A DNA stretch of 64,000 bases from Eledone cirrhosa (taxonomy: Eukaryota), in the NCBI GenBank assembly GCA_964016885.1, contig OZ024742.1:230330001-230394000 (forward strand), given 5' to 3'. The notes beneath the pieces are model-generated. The model was not told the origin of the DNA. It made no database searches and saw only the letters and a program-made list of their open reading frames with translations. The position numbers and the translations under genes were made by a program. The first letter of the stretch is position 1; every line of letters begins with the position of its first letter. This document shows positions 1-13,790 of the stretch, in pieces.

Positions 1-292
1 CAAAATGAAAACGAAATTTCATTTCTCACTCTTAGTATGGCACTTACTTAAATGTAAGTATGCATGTATACGTACATACATATATGTATACAGACGTACA
101 GTAGCATGCACATATATATATATATATACATATATACATACATATGCATACAGGTACACATACATATATGCACGTATCAGTTTAGCGGCGCTAACGTCGC
201 TTTGTTCGTTTGTAAACAAACTGAACAGCCTGAATTTATGCCATACGGTGTTAAGGCAACCACGTCACCTTTTTGTTCAACACTGACACAGG

Positions 293-337
293 AACGATGT
301 ACTAGTTTCAAGCTTGTTAGCTATCATCAGCACCGTT
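293..337 (-). ncRNA. Minimal type I hammerhead ribozyme, short palindromic helix III (copy 1)
   Basis: Minus strand reads AACGGUG-CUGAUGA-uAGCuaacaaGCUu-GAAA-cuag-UA-CAUCGUU: 7-bp helix I, intact core, ACUAGU palindrome, predicted GUA cleavage. Confidence 0.85.
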
Positions 338-758
338 TACCCATCTGCCAGATAGTTGAACGTTCGAAAGTATATACTTTCCTTATGAAAATTAACGGCT
401 GAGCAGCCTAATTTGCATATTGAGTGAGTTAAATCGGTCAGGCATACCGAAAACGATAAATTGAAACAAAATGAAAACGAAATTTCATTTCTCACTCTTA
501 GTATGGCACTTACTTAAATGTAAGTATGCATGTATACGTACATACATATATGTATACAGACGTACAGTAGCATGCACATATATATATATATATACATATA
601 TACATACATATGCATACAGGTACACATACATATATGCACGTATCAGTTTAGCGGCGCTAACGTCGCTTTGTTCGTTTGTAAACAAACTGAACAGCCTGAA
701 TTTATGCCATACGGTGTTAAGGCAACCACGTCACCTTTTTGTTCAACACTGACACAGG

Positions 759-803
759 AACGATGTACTAGTTTCAAGCTTGTTAGCTATCATCAGCACC
801 GTT
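759..803 (-). ncRNA. Minimal type I hammerhead ribozyme (copy 2)
   Basis: Same sequence as 293-337, shifted by 466 bp. Confidence 0.85.
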
Positions 804-1224
804 TACCCATCTGCCAGATAGTTGAACGTTCGAAAGTATATACTTTCCTTATGAAAATTAACGGCTGAGCAGCCTAATTTGCATATTGAGTGAGTTAAAT
901 CGGTCAGGCATACCGAAAACGATAAATTGAAACAAAATGAAAACGAAATTTCATTTCTCACTCTTAGTATGGCACTTACTTAAATGTAAGTATGCATGTA
1001 TACGTACATACATATATGTATACAGACGTACAGTAGCATGCACATATATATATATATATACATATATACATACATATGCATACAGGTACACATACATATA
1101 TGCACGTATCAGTTTAGCGGCGCTAACGTCGCTTTGTTCGTTTGTAAACAAACTGAACAGCCTGAATTTATGCCATACGGTGTTAAGGCAACCACGTCAC
1201 CTTTTTGTTCAACACTGACACAGG

Positions 1225-1269
1225 AACGATGTACTAGTTTCAAGCTTGTTAGCTATCATCAGCACCGTT
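1225..1269 (-). ncRNA. Minimal type I hammerhead ribozyme (copy 3)
   Basis: Same sequence as 293-337, shifted by 932 bp. Confidence 0.85.
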
Positions 1270-1726
1270 TACCCATCTGCCAGATAGTTGAACGTTCGAA
1301 AGTATATACTTTCCTTATGAAAATTAACGGCTGAGCAGCCTAATTTGCATATTGAGTGAGTTAAATCGGTCAGGCATACCGAAAACGATAAATTGAAACA
1401 AAATGAAAACGAAATTTCATTTCTCACTCTTAGTATGGCACTTACTTAAATGTAAGTATGCATGTATACGTACATACATATATGTATACAGACGTACAGT
1501 AGCATGCACATATATATATATATATACATATATACATACATATGCATACAGGTAACACATAGTTAGTATAAATTTCACATATATATCTGTAAATATATGT
1601 TTAATGTGTCAATATTAGCCAAACTGATGTGATTAACGTGTGTGTAGAAGTGTGTGGGTGGTTTTCTTGTAATTGGTTACGTTATGTGTATGTATGTATG
1701 TATATATATATATGTATGTATATATG

Positions 1727-1759
<33 letters not shown>

Positions 1760-1961
1760 GTATGTATCTATCTATCTTTCTATCTTTCTATGTACGCATG
1801 TATGTATGTGTATTTATGTCTGTAAGACAGAGTTTGCGTCTGAATTTTCTTTGGGTGGTAGGTGGATACTTTTGCATCTATATATGCAAAACTGGTTTTA
1901 TTTTACGTAATTGGTATGTTTATGCGTACAAGCGTATGCATATGTGTGTATATGTGTATAT

Positions 1962-2098
1962 CACCTTGATCACCTTGACTGACCAGTCTGTCGGGCGTCC
2001 ATTCGGCGGCGCTGGTCACAGCACGCCGTCCATTCCTCTCTGGATCGTGCTTCCCTCATCCATGTAGTCCCAATCGTATTCCTTAAATCGATTTTAGG
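1962..2098 (-). mobile_element. 3' end fragment of an RTE-like LINE
   Basis: Minus-strand translation DLRNTIGTTWMREARSREEW...SR* followed by a short (TCAAGGTGA)2 tail, resembling RTE C-termini. Confidence 0.55.
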
Positions 2099-2708
2099 TA
2101 TATGTGTATATACATGAGTATATATGTCTTTGATTTAGGGTTTGTCTATCCTTGTGTGTTTTATATGGGTTACTGTAAGGGTATTCCTTGTGTGTTTTAT
2201 ATGGGTTACTGTAAGGTTACTGTAATGGATTCCTCTCGCTTTGGATACTAAATATATATATGTGTATACATTTCTATTTTTGTCTGTCTGTCTGCGCCTC
2301 GTGTGGGAGATGTGTCGTTTACTATGTGTTTATGTAGTTACACATATCTATATTCATATATGTGTGCGTGCGAATATATATGTGTGGCTCCTTGTGATTA
2401 GTTTGTGTTTATGCGTATTAGATGGGCGATTTCTAGGTGAGCATGTGCGTATGTATGTATATGTGGGTGGGTGCCTGTTATGTTTAAACAAGTTTTTTCT
2501 GTGGTAATGCGTATCTCCACGCAAAGAAACCGTTCGTCTGCTAAACGTGATTCTAAACGGTGTTATTGATATTTCCCGATATATATTTTCGAAAGATCAA
2601 GTAGCAATTCAAATTAGCAAGTATTTTCTTCCAAATCGATTAAAGTTCGTGCTGCAATATATTTCACAACATTTTTCAGGAAAGTTCAAATAACTATCTA
2701 CTCTCTTG

Positions 2709-2797
<89 letters not shown>

Positions 2798-2802
2798 ATA
2801 TT

Positions 2803-2866
<64 letters not shown>

Positions 2867-2867
<1 letters not shown>

Positions 2868-2941
2868 ATATTTTATCTGATGAGGACGCAACTTTCGTCC
2901 CAGGATCATATTTGTTTTCGAAATGCGCATAATAAAATATA
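2867..2941 (+). ncRNA. Type I hammerhead motif with long imperfect helix II, in a short insert between (TA)n tracts
   Basis: UUUUAU-CUGAUGA(2877-83)-36 nt-GAAA(2920-23)-ugcgca-UA-AUAAAA; AUGCGCAU palindrome; homologue at 6435-6505. Confidence 0.7.
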
Positions 2942-2978
2942 TGGAACTTTTTTAACGATCTTTTAATTTCTTCACATA

Positions 2979-3020
<42 letters not shown>

Positions 3021-3055
3021 CATATATATACATACATATATATATATACATATAT

Positions 3056-3369
<314 letters not shown>

Positions 3370-3424
3370 GCGTGTGTGTGTATGTGTGGGAGAGGGTCTG
3401 TCTCTGTGTGTCTGTGTGTATGTA

Positions 3425-3686
3425 TACGAGGTCTGTGTGAATCGTAAGGGGACTGGTGTGACATTCATTTCCAAACAACAAACTATATGGTTTCCCCTTC
3501 AAAGTAACCCACTTCGAGTCTAATGTATTTTCCCATCCCTCTCTGCCACGCTTCTATGCACTGGTGGAATGATTCTTTTGGGATGCCCCTCAGCTCCTTC
3601 GTTATGGTCCTCTTCATCGCCTCCACGCCTTCAAAATGGGTACCCTTGATGACCCTCTTGAACTTGGGGAAAAAAAGTCACACGGG
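3425..3686 (-). mobile_element. Mariner transposon 3' fragment
   Basis: Minus translation (with a frameshift) PCDFF..PKFKRVIKGTHFEGVEAMKRTITKELRGIPKESFHQCIEAWQR..GYFEG* matches the mariner transposase C-terminus; TIR-like end TACGAGGTCTGT at 3425. Confidence 0.85.
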
Positions 3687-4453
3687 GAAAAATAAAGTGA
3701 ATGAGATAGTTACTCTGTATCTTTCTCAGGAAGAAATCTGCTGCACTCAGACCTGGAGAGCGATGGGCTCTGCCAGGCTTAAAATGCCCAAGAAACGTCA
3801 ATAGGGCGTCAATACGTATGTCAATACGGCGTCCCTACGACTCTATCAGGAGTTACGGTACCATAACATACATACATATATATGTATATATATAGATACA
3901 CCGAAAATCTTACTACTTTTTCATATATAAATGATACAATAATGTTTATTGAATTATATTGGTATCAAGATTGACGCTAGTGATTCTCTGATTTGAAAAA
4001 GTGTAAAATGTGGGGGCAATACTGTGAGCTGTTGACCGCATTTTAGGAGTGAACAGTAAACCAAGGTAAACAGATGCAATGCTGCAATGGCGTAACAATA
4101 AATAGGGTATTAATGAGTAAATGAAGGTGCTAAACAGGAGGATAAAGAGATGAGATAAGTTTGCTGGAAGTAGAACGGGAGTAGTAGAAGAGCAGTTAAG
4201 AAGTGAGACGTTTTCGAAGGTTTGATTGAGCGATACATACAGAGGAAGCATTAGGTTGGGTAGAATGAGGTGTGTGTGTGTGTGTGTGGGGGGGGTCATT
4301 GCATGGCATAATAATGGTATGTTATGTATTACTCGGTTAGATTTTAACTTTAGACTCTATCATTTCTCTCCCTCTCTCTCCACACACATACACACACATC
4401 TGTATACATATATATATGTGCGTATAAGAATATAAGAATATATATATATGTAC

Positions 4454-4521
<68 letters not shown>

Positions 4522-4697
4522 TACGGCTGTGTGTGTGTCTAGCTGCATTTCTCGCCTGTTTATATGCAGCTTTAAATTACAGAAAGATAAATATCTTTAC
4601 TGAAATACTTCCGAGTTGGACTTCTACACGCACATCCATAAATTCCTATCTATATATCTTTATCTATCTCTCATTCTATGTATCTGTTTATCTATTC

Positions 4698-4812
<115 letters not shown>

Positions 4813-4986
4813 TCTCTCTCTCTCTCTCTCCTTCTCTATACATATACGGTGTGTAGTTATCACAATATATGTTTATATGTATAACCATATCCACATTCAT
4901 TGAAATGACAATACCCTCTCATTCTCTACCTTCAAAATCTATATTTACATCTAGGCTGTTAACTTTTGGTTGAATGCTACTCTTTA

Positions 4987-5061
<75 letters not shown>

Positions 5062-5065
<4 letters not shown>

Positions 5066-5267
5066 AAAACGTATGACCCCGACGGCAGAGCTCAAGCCGT
5101 TTCGACGGTTATTTCTAGGCTGAAATTTCTAGTCTAGAAATACCCGTCGAAACGGCTTGAGCTCTGCCGTCGAGGTCATACTTTTTCCTATTAACCACTC
5201 TACTACCCTAAGTATTAAGTACTCTGGTGCGTTATGGTCCATTTGGTTCATTACCTCAATTCCTTCG

Positions 5268-5270
<3 letters not shown>
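5062..5270 (+). mobile_element. Fold-back insertion, family P
   Basis: Inverted arms 5062-5117 and 5133-5190, the right arm reading GAAA-cggc..gccg-UC; flanked by (TA)n on both sides. Confidence 0.8.
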
Positions 5271-5318
<48 letters not shown>

Positions 5319-5572
5319 AATTAGTATATCTACCAACATATATATACAGATGCATACCTATGCTAGCAAATATATAGGTTTTGTCTTTGTGGTTCAATGC
5401 AAGGGGAAGCAGAACAATTATATGAAAGACGTAAAATAAGAAAATTATAAAAATTAACTTACTTACTAAAATTTCACTCCAACTAATTAGTTTCTGAAAG
5501 GGAATAAACATGATTTCCGATCGGAATTTTAGTAAGTGAATTTTTATAATTTTCTTATTTTACGTCTTTCAT

Positions 5573-5639
<67 letters not shown>

Positions 5640-6218
5640 GAATAAAGTTAGTCCTTCATCAGTGATCTTCCAACCATCATTGGTATTTCATCGCTTTAAA
5701 GACCATATACCCCCGGTTGGTGCGAGCAGCGGCTAAAAAAAGTCGTTGGGACACGTAAATAAAGGGGACACGAGTGTAAACAAACAAAAATGGTGAAGCA
5801 ACGAAAAGTGAGGAAGAAGGAGTCAAGTCCCAAATTTCTATGAATTTAAATTCGGTGAAATCGTTAACGAGAGAGAATAAAGACCATCAAACCTGATATA
5901 TCATACTGTGAATAAAAAATATTAGTTATAAAATAATAAACTCATGTTCATCAGCCTTCAAAATGGGTGTACACAGTTTCGGACACTACTGACAGTACTG
6001 CTGTTCCATCTGGGGTCACAGTTTCTGACAAAATACTCAAACACAATCCTTGCAGTCTTTTTTTAATTGTCAATATTATATCACTCGTGAAGCATGCAAT
6101 TCTATTCTCTTCTTTTGTTAAGTTATTCAGTGAAGTTGGGTGACCTGGTGTTTGGGTGGTGGATTCATGATCACAGACAGTAGTGTTCTTAAATAAATAA
6201 CTTTATTCCTTGTTTTGC

Positions 6219-6267
<49 letters not shown>

Positions 6268-6375
6268 GTATATATATGATATATTAATATTTACTCCAAT
6301 AATTTGTTGAGTGCTTTATATCAGTTATAAAAAATATTTTGCTTGTTGTATCCCAACAAATTAAATATAACCTCT

Positions 6376-6408
<33 letters not shown>

Positions 6409-6434
6409 CAAAAGATGGTTAAAAGAGTTCCATG

Positions 6435-6505
6435 TATTTTATTATGCGCATTTCAAAAACAAATATCATCATGCAATAACATTTGCGTTTTCGTCAGATA
6501 AAATA
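6435..6505 (-). ncRNA. Type I hammerhead motif with a 16-bp helix II
   Basis: UAUUUUAU-CUGACGA-aaacgcaaauguuauu(gcau)gaugauauuuguuuuu-GAAA-ugcgca-UA-AUAAAAUA; helix II has one mismatch. Confidence 0.75.
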
Positions 6506-6739
6506 GGGAGACATGATATGAAGGTTAAAACACACTTGTGAATAGTGCAGTTTTAAATCAACATATGAAAAGTAGTTTTAGATTGATGTGTGATATTGGG
6601 AAAAAATTGAGGGGGGGGGGGGGAAAGGATGAAAAAGAGGAGGAGATGAGAGTAAAAAGTGGAGGGGGAGGAGTATAATGAGGAAGGATGAGATATCTGC
6701 ATTGCTTTATTGTACTTCAATAAAACTCACCTCCTACAT

Positions 6740-6778
<39 letters not shown>

Positions 6779-7109
6779 TTAAGTATATCCGTCGAAAAGG
6801 TAAAAGAAATAAATGTGCTCTATGTATAGTAGAGAGCTATTTAAATAATAAACAACACAATATAATGATTCCATTACCATAGGTTCCAGAACGATCCTTA
6901 CAGAAACTGTAATGTTTTAGATATAAGTTTTGATATCATCTTATATCCAAAATATAACTGTTTTATCTGATAAACGGGCCGGGCGTCTCTGTAAGTGTCT
7001 TCTAGTTTCTTGAAAGCTTTGGCAATGGAATGATTATATTGTGTTATTCATTATGTAATGATATATAGGGCGGGGATAATTATATATAGGGCGAGGATAA
7101 TGATAAATA

Positions 7110-7298
7110 GGGCGGAGAATTGCTAGTATCGGTAGAGAGTCGGATGCCATACTTTCTAGCATAGTTACGTCCCTTTACAGTCTGAGTTCAAATCCCGCCG
7201 AGGTTAACTTTGCCTTTCATCCTTACAGGGTCGATAAAATAAAGTACCAGTAATGTACTGGTTAATTGCTGGCCTTGTGCCTAAAGTAGAAACAATTA
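7110..7298 (+). mobile_element. tRNA-derived SINE, family A
   Basis: B-box-like GAGTTCAAATCC, conserved core GCCTTTCATCC..GGGTCGATAAAATAAAGTACCAG, tail GGCCTTGTGCCTAAAGTAGAAAC; many copies in the window. Confidence 0.85.
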
Positions 7299-7318
7299 TG
7301 TAATGATATATATATGTA

Positions 7319-7432
7319 GTGGAGGCACGTGGCCTAGTGGTAAGTGTGTTGGACCCAGGATCATAATGCCGTGGCTTCGATTCCTGGGTTGCGTTTTGTG
7401 TTTTTGGGCAAAACTCTCAATCGCTTCACACC
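7319..7432 (+). mobile_element. tRNA-derived SINE, family B (5' part, CORE-like segment)
   Basis: A-box TGGCCTAGTGG, B-box-like GCTTCGATTCC, then TGTGTTTTTGGGCAAAAC; related to 30480, 41950 and 54585. Confidence 0.6.
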
Positions 7433-7487
7433 ATAAAAACTGGCAGAAGATGGCGTAAGACAGAATTTTAGCCTTTATGTATGTATG

Positions 7488-7579
<92 letters not shown>

Positions 7580-8219
7580 TGTATATATACATAAATATGT
7601 ATGTATATATATGTATGTATATATGTATGTATAATAAATATGTACGTATATATAGGTGTCATATGTTCAGATAAATTGAACATCAAAAAATACTACTGAT
7701 ATTAACAATGCAACATTTTCCTGGAACTAAGTAGTATAATTAGCAAGGCGAATACGATCTGAAAATCAATTAACGATTAGTTTGGGTTTGCATTGAAATT
7801 GTAGTCATAACACATCTTTCAAAATGTTTATATAACAGTGTTGAATACACATCATTACATGAATATAGAAAGCATATAAGCATTTATTAACTTGCTAGAA
7901 CACACATGACACATACACACTCAAGCACACGCACATGCATACACACACACCCACGCGTATATATATATTTATATATATATATTTATATATATATATATAT
8001 ATTTTATATATATATATATATACTTATATATATATATATATATATATAAATTTATATATATATATATTCTATATATATATATATATATAATATTATATAA
8101 AAGGATTATGAGTTCATGCAAGTGACTTATGTTTCGTCACTATATATATATATATATATATGTATATGTATATAAATATATATATATATATCTATATGTA
8201 TATATATATATATATATAT

Positions 8220-8287
<68 letters not shown>

Positions 8288-8292
8288 ACACT

Positions 8293-8321
<29 letters not shown>

Positions 8322-8323
<2 letters not shown>

Positions 8324-8680
8324 TATTCAAAATATTAATAAATGAAGACATTCACATAATCAAAATATAAGTTTTATTATATATATTTCGAAGGTACTGT
8401 GCTGTTTTTTCAGTACGTCCTCGTCAGATAAAATACATGAATTGATGTATGACATAGCTCAAGGGTCTTGATGCTTCAATTCCAGTATTGGAATTGAAAA
8501 AACAGCACAGTACCTTCGAAATATATATAATAAAACATATATTTTGATTATGTGAATGTCTTTATTTATTAATATTTTGAATAATATTAATAACTCCAGA
8601 AAACTTCATTGTAGAGTGCTTTTAATCTATTGTAAAACTATATTCATTGAGTAATCAATGAACCATATTAATCTTTGAGT
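8322..8680. mobile_element. Fold-back insertion with one complete and one half hammerhead
   Basis: Inverted arms about 8322-8412 and 8495-8586; flanked by (TA)n. Confidence 0.75.
8372..8433 (-). ncRNA. Type I hammerhead ribozyme
   Basis: UUUUAU-CUGACGA-ggacguacug(11 nt)caguaccuuc-GAAA-uauaua-UA-AUAAAA. Confidence 0.8.
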
Positions 8681-9121
8681 ATATATATATATATATAACG
8701 AAGAAAATGTGGTAAGGAACTAGATGGACCATAACGTACCAGAGTACTCAATACTTAGGGTAGTAGAGTTGGTAATAGGAAAATCAGACATATATATATA
8801 TATACACGTTTAAATTTGGCGGCGGTTTACCACTGAGTAAAATTGGTCATTCTTCAATCATAATCATGACGTGATATGAGAAAAGCACTCTACGTTATGC
8901 AACTCATCCATCTTTGATGTTGAATTATGCTGGTGGTGCGGGAACGGTGTTAAATATAGAAAGTAATAACAACAGCGAGGCATAATAACAACAGGCTGCT
9001 ACGATCATCTCTGGGTCAAGAACAAAAACACACTTTTTTCCTCTCTGAATTTTTCTTTGATTTTTTCATTAAAGCCTCTTGGAATGTATTCACCATCATT
9101 CCGTTGGTCTTCAACTATTAT

Positions 9122-9190
9122 GCAATTTACACCTGAAGATATCACCGGGTTCTTACGCAACCTGACCACTGAAATGTGCATAGTGTTTGC
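9122..9190 (+). ncRNA. Probable degenerate hammerhead motif
   Basis: ACAC-CUGAAGA-(cggguu/aaccug hairpin with unpaired base)-GAAA-ugugca-UA-GUGU; helix I extends with GCAA/UUGC. Confidence 0.45.
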
Positions 9191-9818
9191 AGAAATAAAT
9201 AATTAATCTGTCCGGCCTCCTGTCATTTTACTTTATATATACAAGCATTGTTTTCGTATGAGTTGGTGTTCACAATGTGTTTGGAATATCTAATTTTCAA
9301 TTTGCCTATTGCACATATATATTCTAGAATGTATTTATATTAATACTATTATTGTTATTGTCGTTAAATCTAGTTTCACTCTGTTGATTTTTCCCCTTCC
9401 CTTTACCTTTTTGTTTCACAGTGATATTCTCTACGAAGTTGCACACCTTGTGTCTATATTGACTAACTTTTTAACATTAAGTGTGTGTGTGTGTGTGTAA
9501 GTGTGTGTGCATGAGAGAGAGAGAGGTGAGGGGAGAGGTTGGCAGATATAAAAATACACAAATGCTCAAATTACTAGACAAATCTTGCTCAAAATGGCTG
9601 CCACTTGATTCATGTCTTTTATCATTATTATGGTTGGTGGAATAACAAAATCGTTAGAGCATCTGATCCTATTCTCTACTTCTATTTTCAACGCCTGACG
9701 AGGGCAACGCTGCCTCCTATCCTTTTAGGTTCTATAAAACATTTAACAACCCATTTAAAAAAAACAAAAAAACGGTATTCTTTTTGGCCTAAAGTATTAT
9801 TCATATTATTTCCTCGGT

Positions 9819-10002
9819 ATGATGTATGGTGGATTGGCAGTATCGGTAGAGGATCTAACATCTTGCTTTGCAGCATAGAGTTACGTCCCTTTACCGTCGA
9901 GTTCAAATCCGGCCGAGGTTAACTTTGCCTTTCATCCTTATGGGGTCGATGAAATAAAGTACCAGTAATGCACTGGGAAAATTGCTGGCCTTGTGCCAAA
10001 AG
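9819..10002 (+). mobile_element. SINE family A with an 18-bp target-site duplication
   Basis: TCATATTATTTCCTCGGT at 9801-9818 and 10003-10020 flanks the SINE. Confidence 0.9.
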
Positions 10003-10959
10003 TCATATTATTTCCTCGGTTTTTCGTTGTTCTTTTACCGGTTTTTGTAGTTGCTAGATATCAAGCTGTCTTTTGCATCCTGAAGTGTCTTACGTGTTTT
10101 TCTATGGCAAACAAACAAACCTTCTGTAGAATCATAAAATCCTCCTCTGTACTCACCATCTTCAAGCAACCATTGAATCATTGTGTCACAGTTTTGAATA
10201 ATCTATTTGCAATAAGCATATTCAAATCATCGATATTTCGTATCTCGGGTTTTGGTATTTTTGTATTTTCTCGCCTTCTTTTTCTCCCACGCTAGTATCA
10301 AATGGCTAGCAATATCGATTAGTCAACGCATTTATATATTTATTTATTATTGTTGTTATTGTTATTAATATTGTTATTAATTACAAACGTACAATCAGAA
10401 AGAAAGAAAGAAAAACCATTCAAAGAGTGAAGTTTAAATCCGGTTTTTCTTCTATTTGCATTTCTCAGTTCAATGAGCTACTAAGTGTAACTCAACAGCG
10501 CTACATCATCAGGCTGATGGAAAATACATTATAACGATAACAATAACAACAATACTACCAGCGATAATGATGTTATAATAATGCGATTTCGTTATATTCT
10601 AGATTTTTGTCGTTTTTCACGCCTGTTTTTCACATTCTATACAAAACGCCCACTCTTCTCTAATCTCTTCGTGTAATGCTTCCTAGCTGTCATCATGATT
10701 ATTTTTTTTTTCATTATTTGATATGATAATAATAATAGTAATAATAATAATAGTTTCTTTATTTGCCACATAGGGCTCACATTAAGGAAACAATAAACAC
10801 GGCGCAAGACAGTAAAGTTTGTGTTGTTTTCTGAAAATAAAAGGTTATAACAAAGATTAATACAAATATATAAATATCTTAAACATAACAAATTCTCCAA
10901 AAATAGGGAGACCTCCGAGAATCACTCGTTGAGAAAACTCCCATTTCCGGGTGAGAGAA

Positions 10960-11215
10960 GCCATCCTTCACGTTACCTTGTCCCAGGTTTTATCCATCTT
11001 GAGGTCCGCTTCAAACAAGACGCTGAGAAATTTAACCAGTTCTTCCGTCTAGCGGCGACTATTGGTTGGCATAGACCTGCCTCTCCATGTGCCGGAGAGC
11101 TGCAGGCACACCGACTTATCCTGGTTAAGTTTTGTTTCTGTTACCGCTTCATACTCCGTGGGAGTGGTGCCGATCATCTCAATGTGCTTGGTGTTCGACA
11201 CCAGCGCAGTCAGAT
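10960..11215 (-). pseudogene. Tx1/L1-clade reverse transcriptase fragment
   Basis: TALVSNTKHIEMIGTT..EYEAVT.TKLNQDKS and, in another frame, VKFLSVLFEADLKMDKTWDKV resemble the region following YADD. Confidence 0.55.
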
Positions 11216-11787
11216 AATTTGATGTTTAGGGATTATTTTATGTGTTTGGGTGGTGCGATTTTTTGGGGTGTTATATAATTTGTTTCTGAAATGCTGGTAT
11301 TGTGTAGTTTTGTATTTTTTGTGTTTATTGCCGTGTAGTATGCTGATGAGGTGTGACTAGCGGTGACTGCGCAATTGATGGTGTTGATGTTGGTGATGGT
11401 AGGAGTGGAGGCGAGGCTTTAGCATTTTTCCAGTTTCAGCCTCTTTTTAATTTTTGAGGACAAAGACCTGTAGTTTCTTTTCATTATTGTTTCTTATATA
11501 CCAAAGTCCATTTTCCTCGCATCTTAACCAGTTCTCACATGAAATAAGCCACCTTGTTCATTCTTTCTTGCTGTATGCACTATACATCCCTGTTTTCATT
11601 GAATGCTCCAAACTTTTTTCCTGGTTTTTGTACCTAATTTTTTCCTGGTTTTATGTACCTAATTCATCCTATGTCCACCTTAGGATTCCTGCTCCATATC
11701 TCACAAGGGTAACAATCCACATTTATATGGCATATAATTTGTTCCGCCCATTTAATTTTGCTTTGAAGATCTGTCCTACTCTCCTGT

Positions 11788-12150
11788 AGTGTCGGTAGAA
11801 CGTCGGACAATATGATTTGCGTCATATGGTTACGTCCCTTTACGTTGAGTTCAAATCCCGCCGAGGTTAACTTTGCCTTTCATCATTACGGGGGTTGATA
11901 AAATAAAGTTCCAGTAATGTACTGGGGTCAAATTAATCGACTTCCCTTCAAATTGCCGGCCTTGTTGAATTGGCAGTATCGGTAGAGTGTTGGATGCCAT
12001 GTTTTCTAGCATAGTTACGTCCCTTTACGCTCTGAGTTCAAATCCCGCTGAGGTTAACTTTGCCATTAATCGTTACGGGGGTCGATAAAATAAAGTACCA
12101 GTAATGTACTGGGTAATTGCTGGCTTTGTGCCAAAAGTAGAAACAATTAT
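11788..12150 (+). mobile_element. Two head-to-tail SINE family A copies
   Basis: Family A core at about 11845-11925 and again at 12030-12145, followed by an (ATT)n tail. Confidence 0.85.
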
Positions 12151-13439
12151 TATTATTATTATTGTTGGTGTATTGCAGCATTATAATTATAATCATCATC
12201 CTTATAAAGTATTGGTTACTGTTGTTAATTTAATCGTTTATATTCTCTTTAATGATTATAACCAGCTATGAATTCCAATTTTATAATTTGTGTTATTATT
12301 GTAGGAACCAAATATTTCAGTATTGTGTAGGCTTTTTGGTTTTTTTTTTCTTTAACACTATTTTGTAATTGTTGAGCTTGTTGAAGAAGAGAGCTAGAAG
12401 TGTGTGGTCTAACAAGCTGTACTGTTTGATGAGAAAATCTCTCTTTGAATGAAATCTACCACTGAAGTCTCACTATTAATAGGAAATCTAGAATCATGTC
12501 AAGTATAATCATGTGTTTTATGAATAATGGACATCTGCCAATAGAAATAAGGATAATCCTTCAGTAGTTAAGAGGACAAGACCTTTACTCTCATATTTAA
12601 CATATAGGTCAACAAATGTATAGCTATGCTATCATGTATAAAACCATAAGTAATCTCAGATCTGTTTTCCACCTACGGAAATTAACATTCAATAGATATA
12701 TGCGTTTTCAGAGTAAACAATACAGCAACTACTGCATAGAGAACTGATAAGAAAACATGCTCATGCAGCTAATACATCCGTGCAGTCGCCAATACACTTC
12801 TGTAATCTCACGGAAGCAGGATTTATCTCAGAACTCAGTGAGCTGGATCGGGTGTCACAAACCCTTTCGTGTGATTCTTTAAAGATTCTGCCAATTTATT
12901 TAATCCAGACATATGAAAGGTGAAATTAATATCGGTGGCGTTTTCAAATCAGCACATATAGAGCAGGAACAATTATCGCATAGCCTTTTATTCCGACGCT
13001 CTAATGACTCTCACATGTTAGCCGAACATTTTATATTGTATATCTATATCATATTAATAAAAGTATGTCTAGATACTATGAACTGAGGGCGATGTAGTTG
13101 AGAAAGATAATGATTTTGATGATGGTGGTAATTAATATCAACTTCATTATTGCTTTTGGTAGAATCATTAAACTGTTAGTTTTTATTCCTATTATTTACG
13201 TTTTCCTGGCGTTCATAAAATAAAGTACCAGTCAAGTACTGAGATAGATTTAATCTAATTTCCCCTCCTCACAATTACCGACTTTGAGTCTAAGTAGGAA
13301 AGCATAAACCAATCTATTTCAAATAATATCAACACTACAGATATTTAAAAATGGAAAGGGCTGTAGGGTCACATAAAAATGGGAGGAGAAAGGGGGAGGG
13401 TATGGGCTGTGAGTCTAGGGCGCGGTAGTATTGGGGGTG

Positions 13440-13790
13440 CATCTCGTGGACAAGACCACAAAAGCATTTGCACAGACAATGGCCAGCGATACACGCTGCA
13501 AGAGCCACCCCACCTCGCGGGGCTCCTTTCTCAGACGGGCTGCTGACGTTCCGATCTTGCGAAGGATTTCGGCAGTACGGGGTCCAAATACGCCTAATCT
13601 CTCGACGGCAACCTGTCAGACAATCCCTGGTATTTGTTTGTCTTCCGTTCCTCTAAATTGCTGGCCACAGTACCAGGGTTTGTGACCGAAGCGACAAAGT
13701 TGGAGGTGCAGAAGGTGTCGAGCTGTGCCACTCCGATGCGAGCGCAACCCCCATCAAGAAGGGTACCGGTTGATGAGGAGAGCACCAAAT
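13440..13790 (-). pseudogene. Restriction-like endonuclease C-terminus of a CRE-like non-LTR retrotransposon
   Basis: LDTFCTSNFVASVTNPGTVASNLEERKTNKYQGL ... RKIG..RLRKEPREVGWLLQRVSLAIVCANA matches the DT..S..PG.AA..E..K..KY and QR.S.A.QRGNA motifs. Confidence 0.65.

Larger units (their letters stand above)
1..1554 (-). repeat. Tandem array of a 466-bp non-coding unit (at least 3.3 copies, open at window start), one hammerhead per unit; retrozyme-like
   Basis: Apparently identical units start at 1, 467, 933 and 1399 (the ORF track repeats with period 466); sequence diverges after about 1554. Strand given is the ribozyme strand. Confidence 0.95.

Noticed and set aside
1-1554. Repeated 93, 112 and 66-aa ORFs, or a CRISPR-like array
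   Set aside because: The ORFs run through a TA/CA-rich tract with no recognisable domain; the units are identical with no unique spacers, and the context is eukaryotic.
5700-6200. Possible DNA-transposon remnant
   Set aside because: Only vague similarity; no convincing motif or TIR pair.
6850-7055. Old imperfect inverted repeat containing GAAA-gc-UU
   Set aside because: Probably another decayed fold-back, but too diverged to assign.
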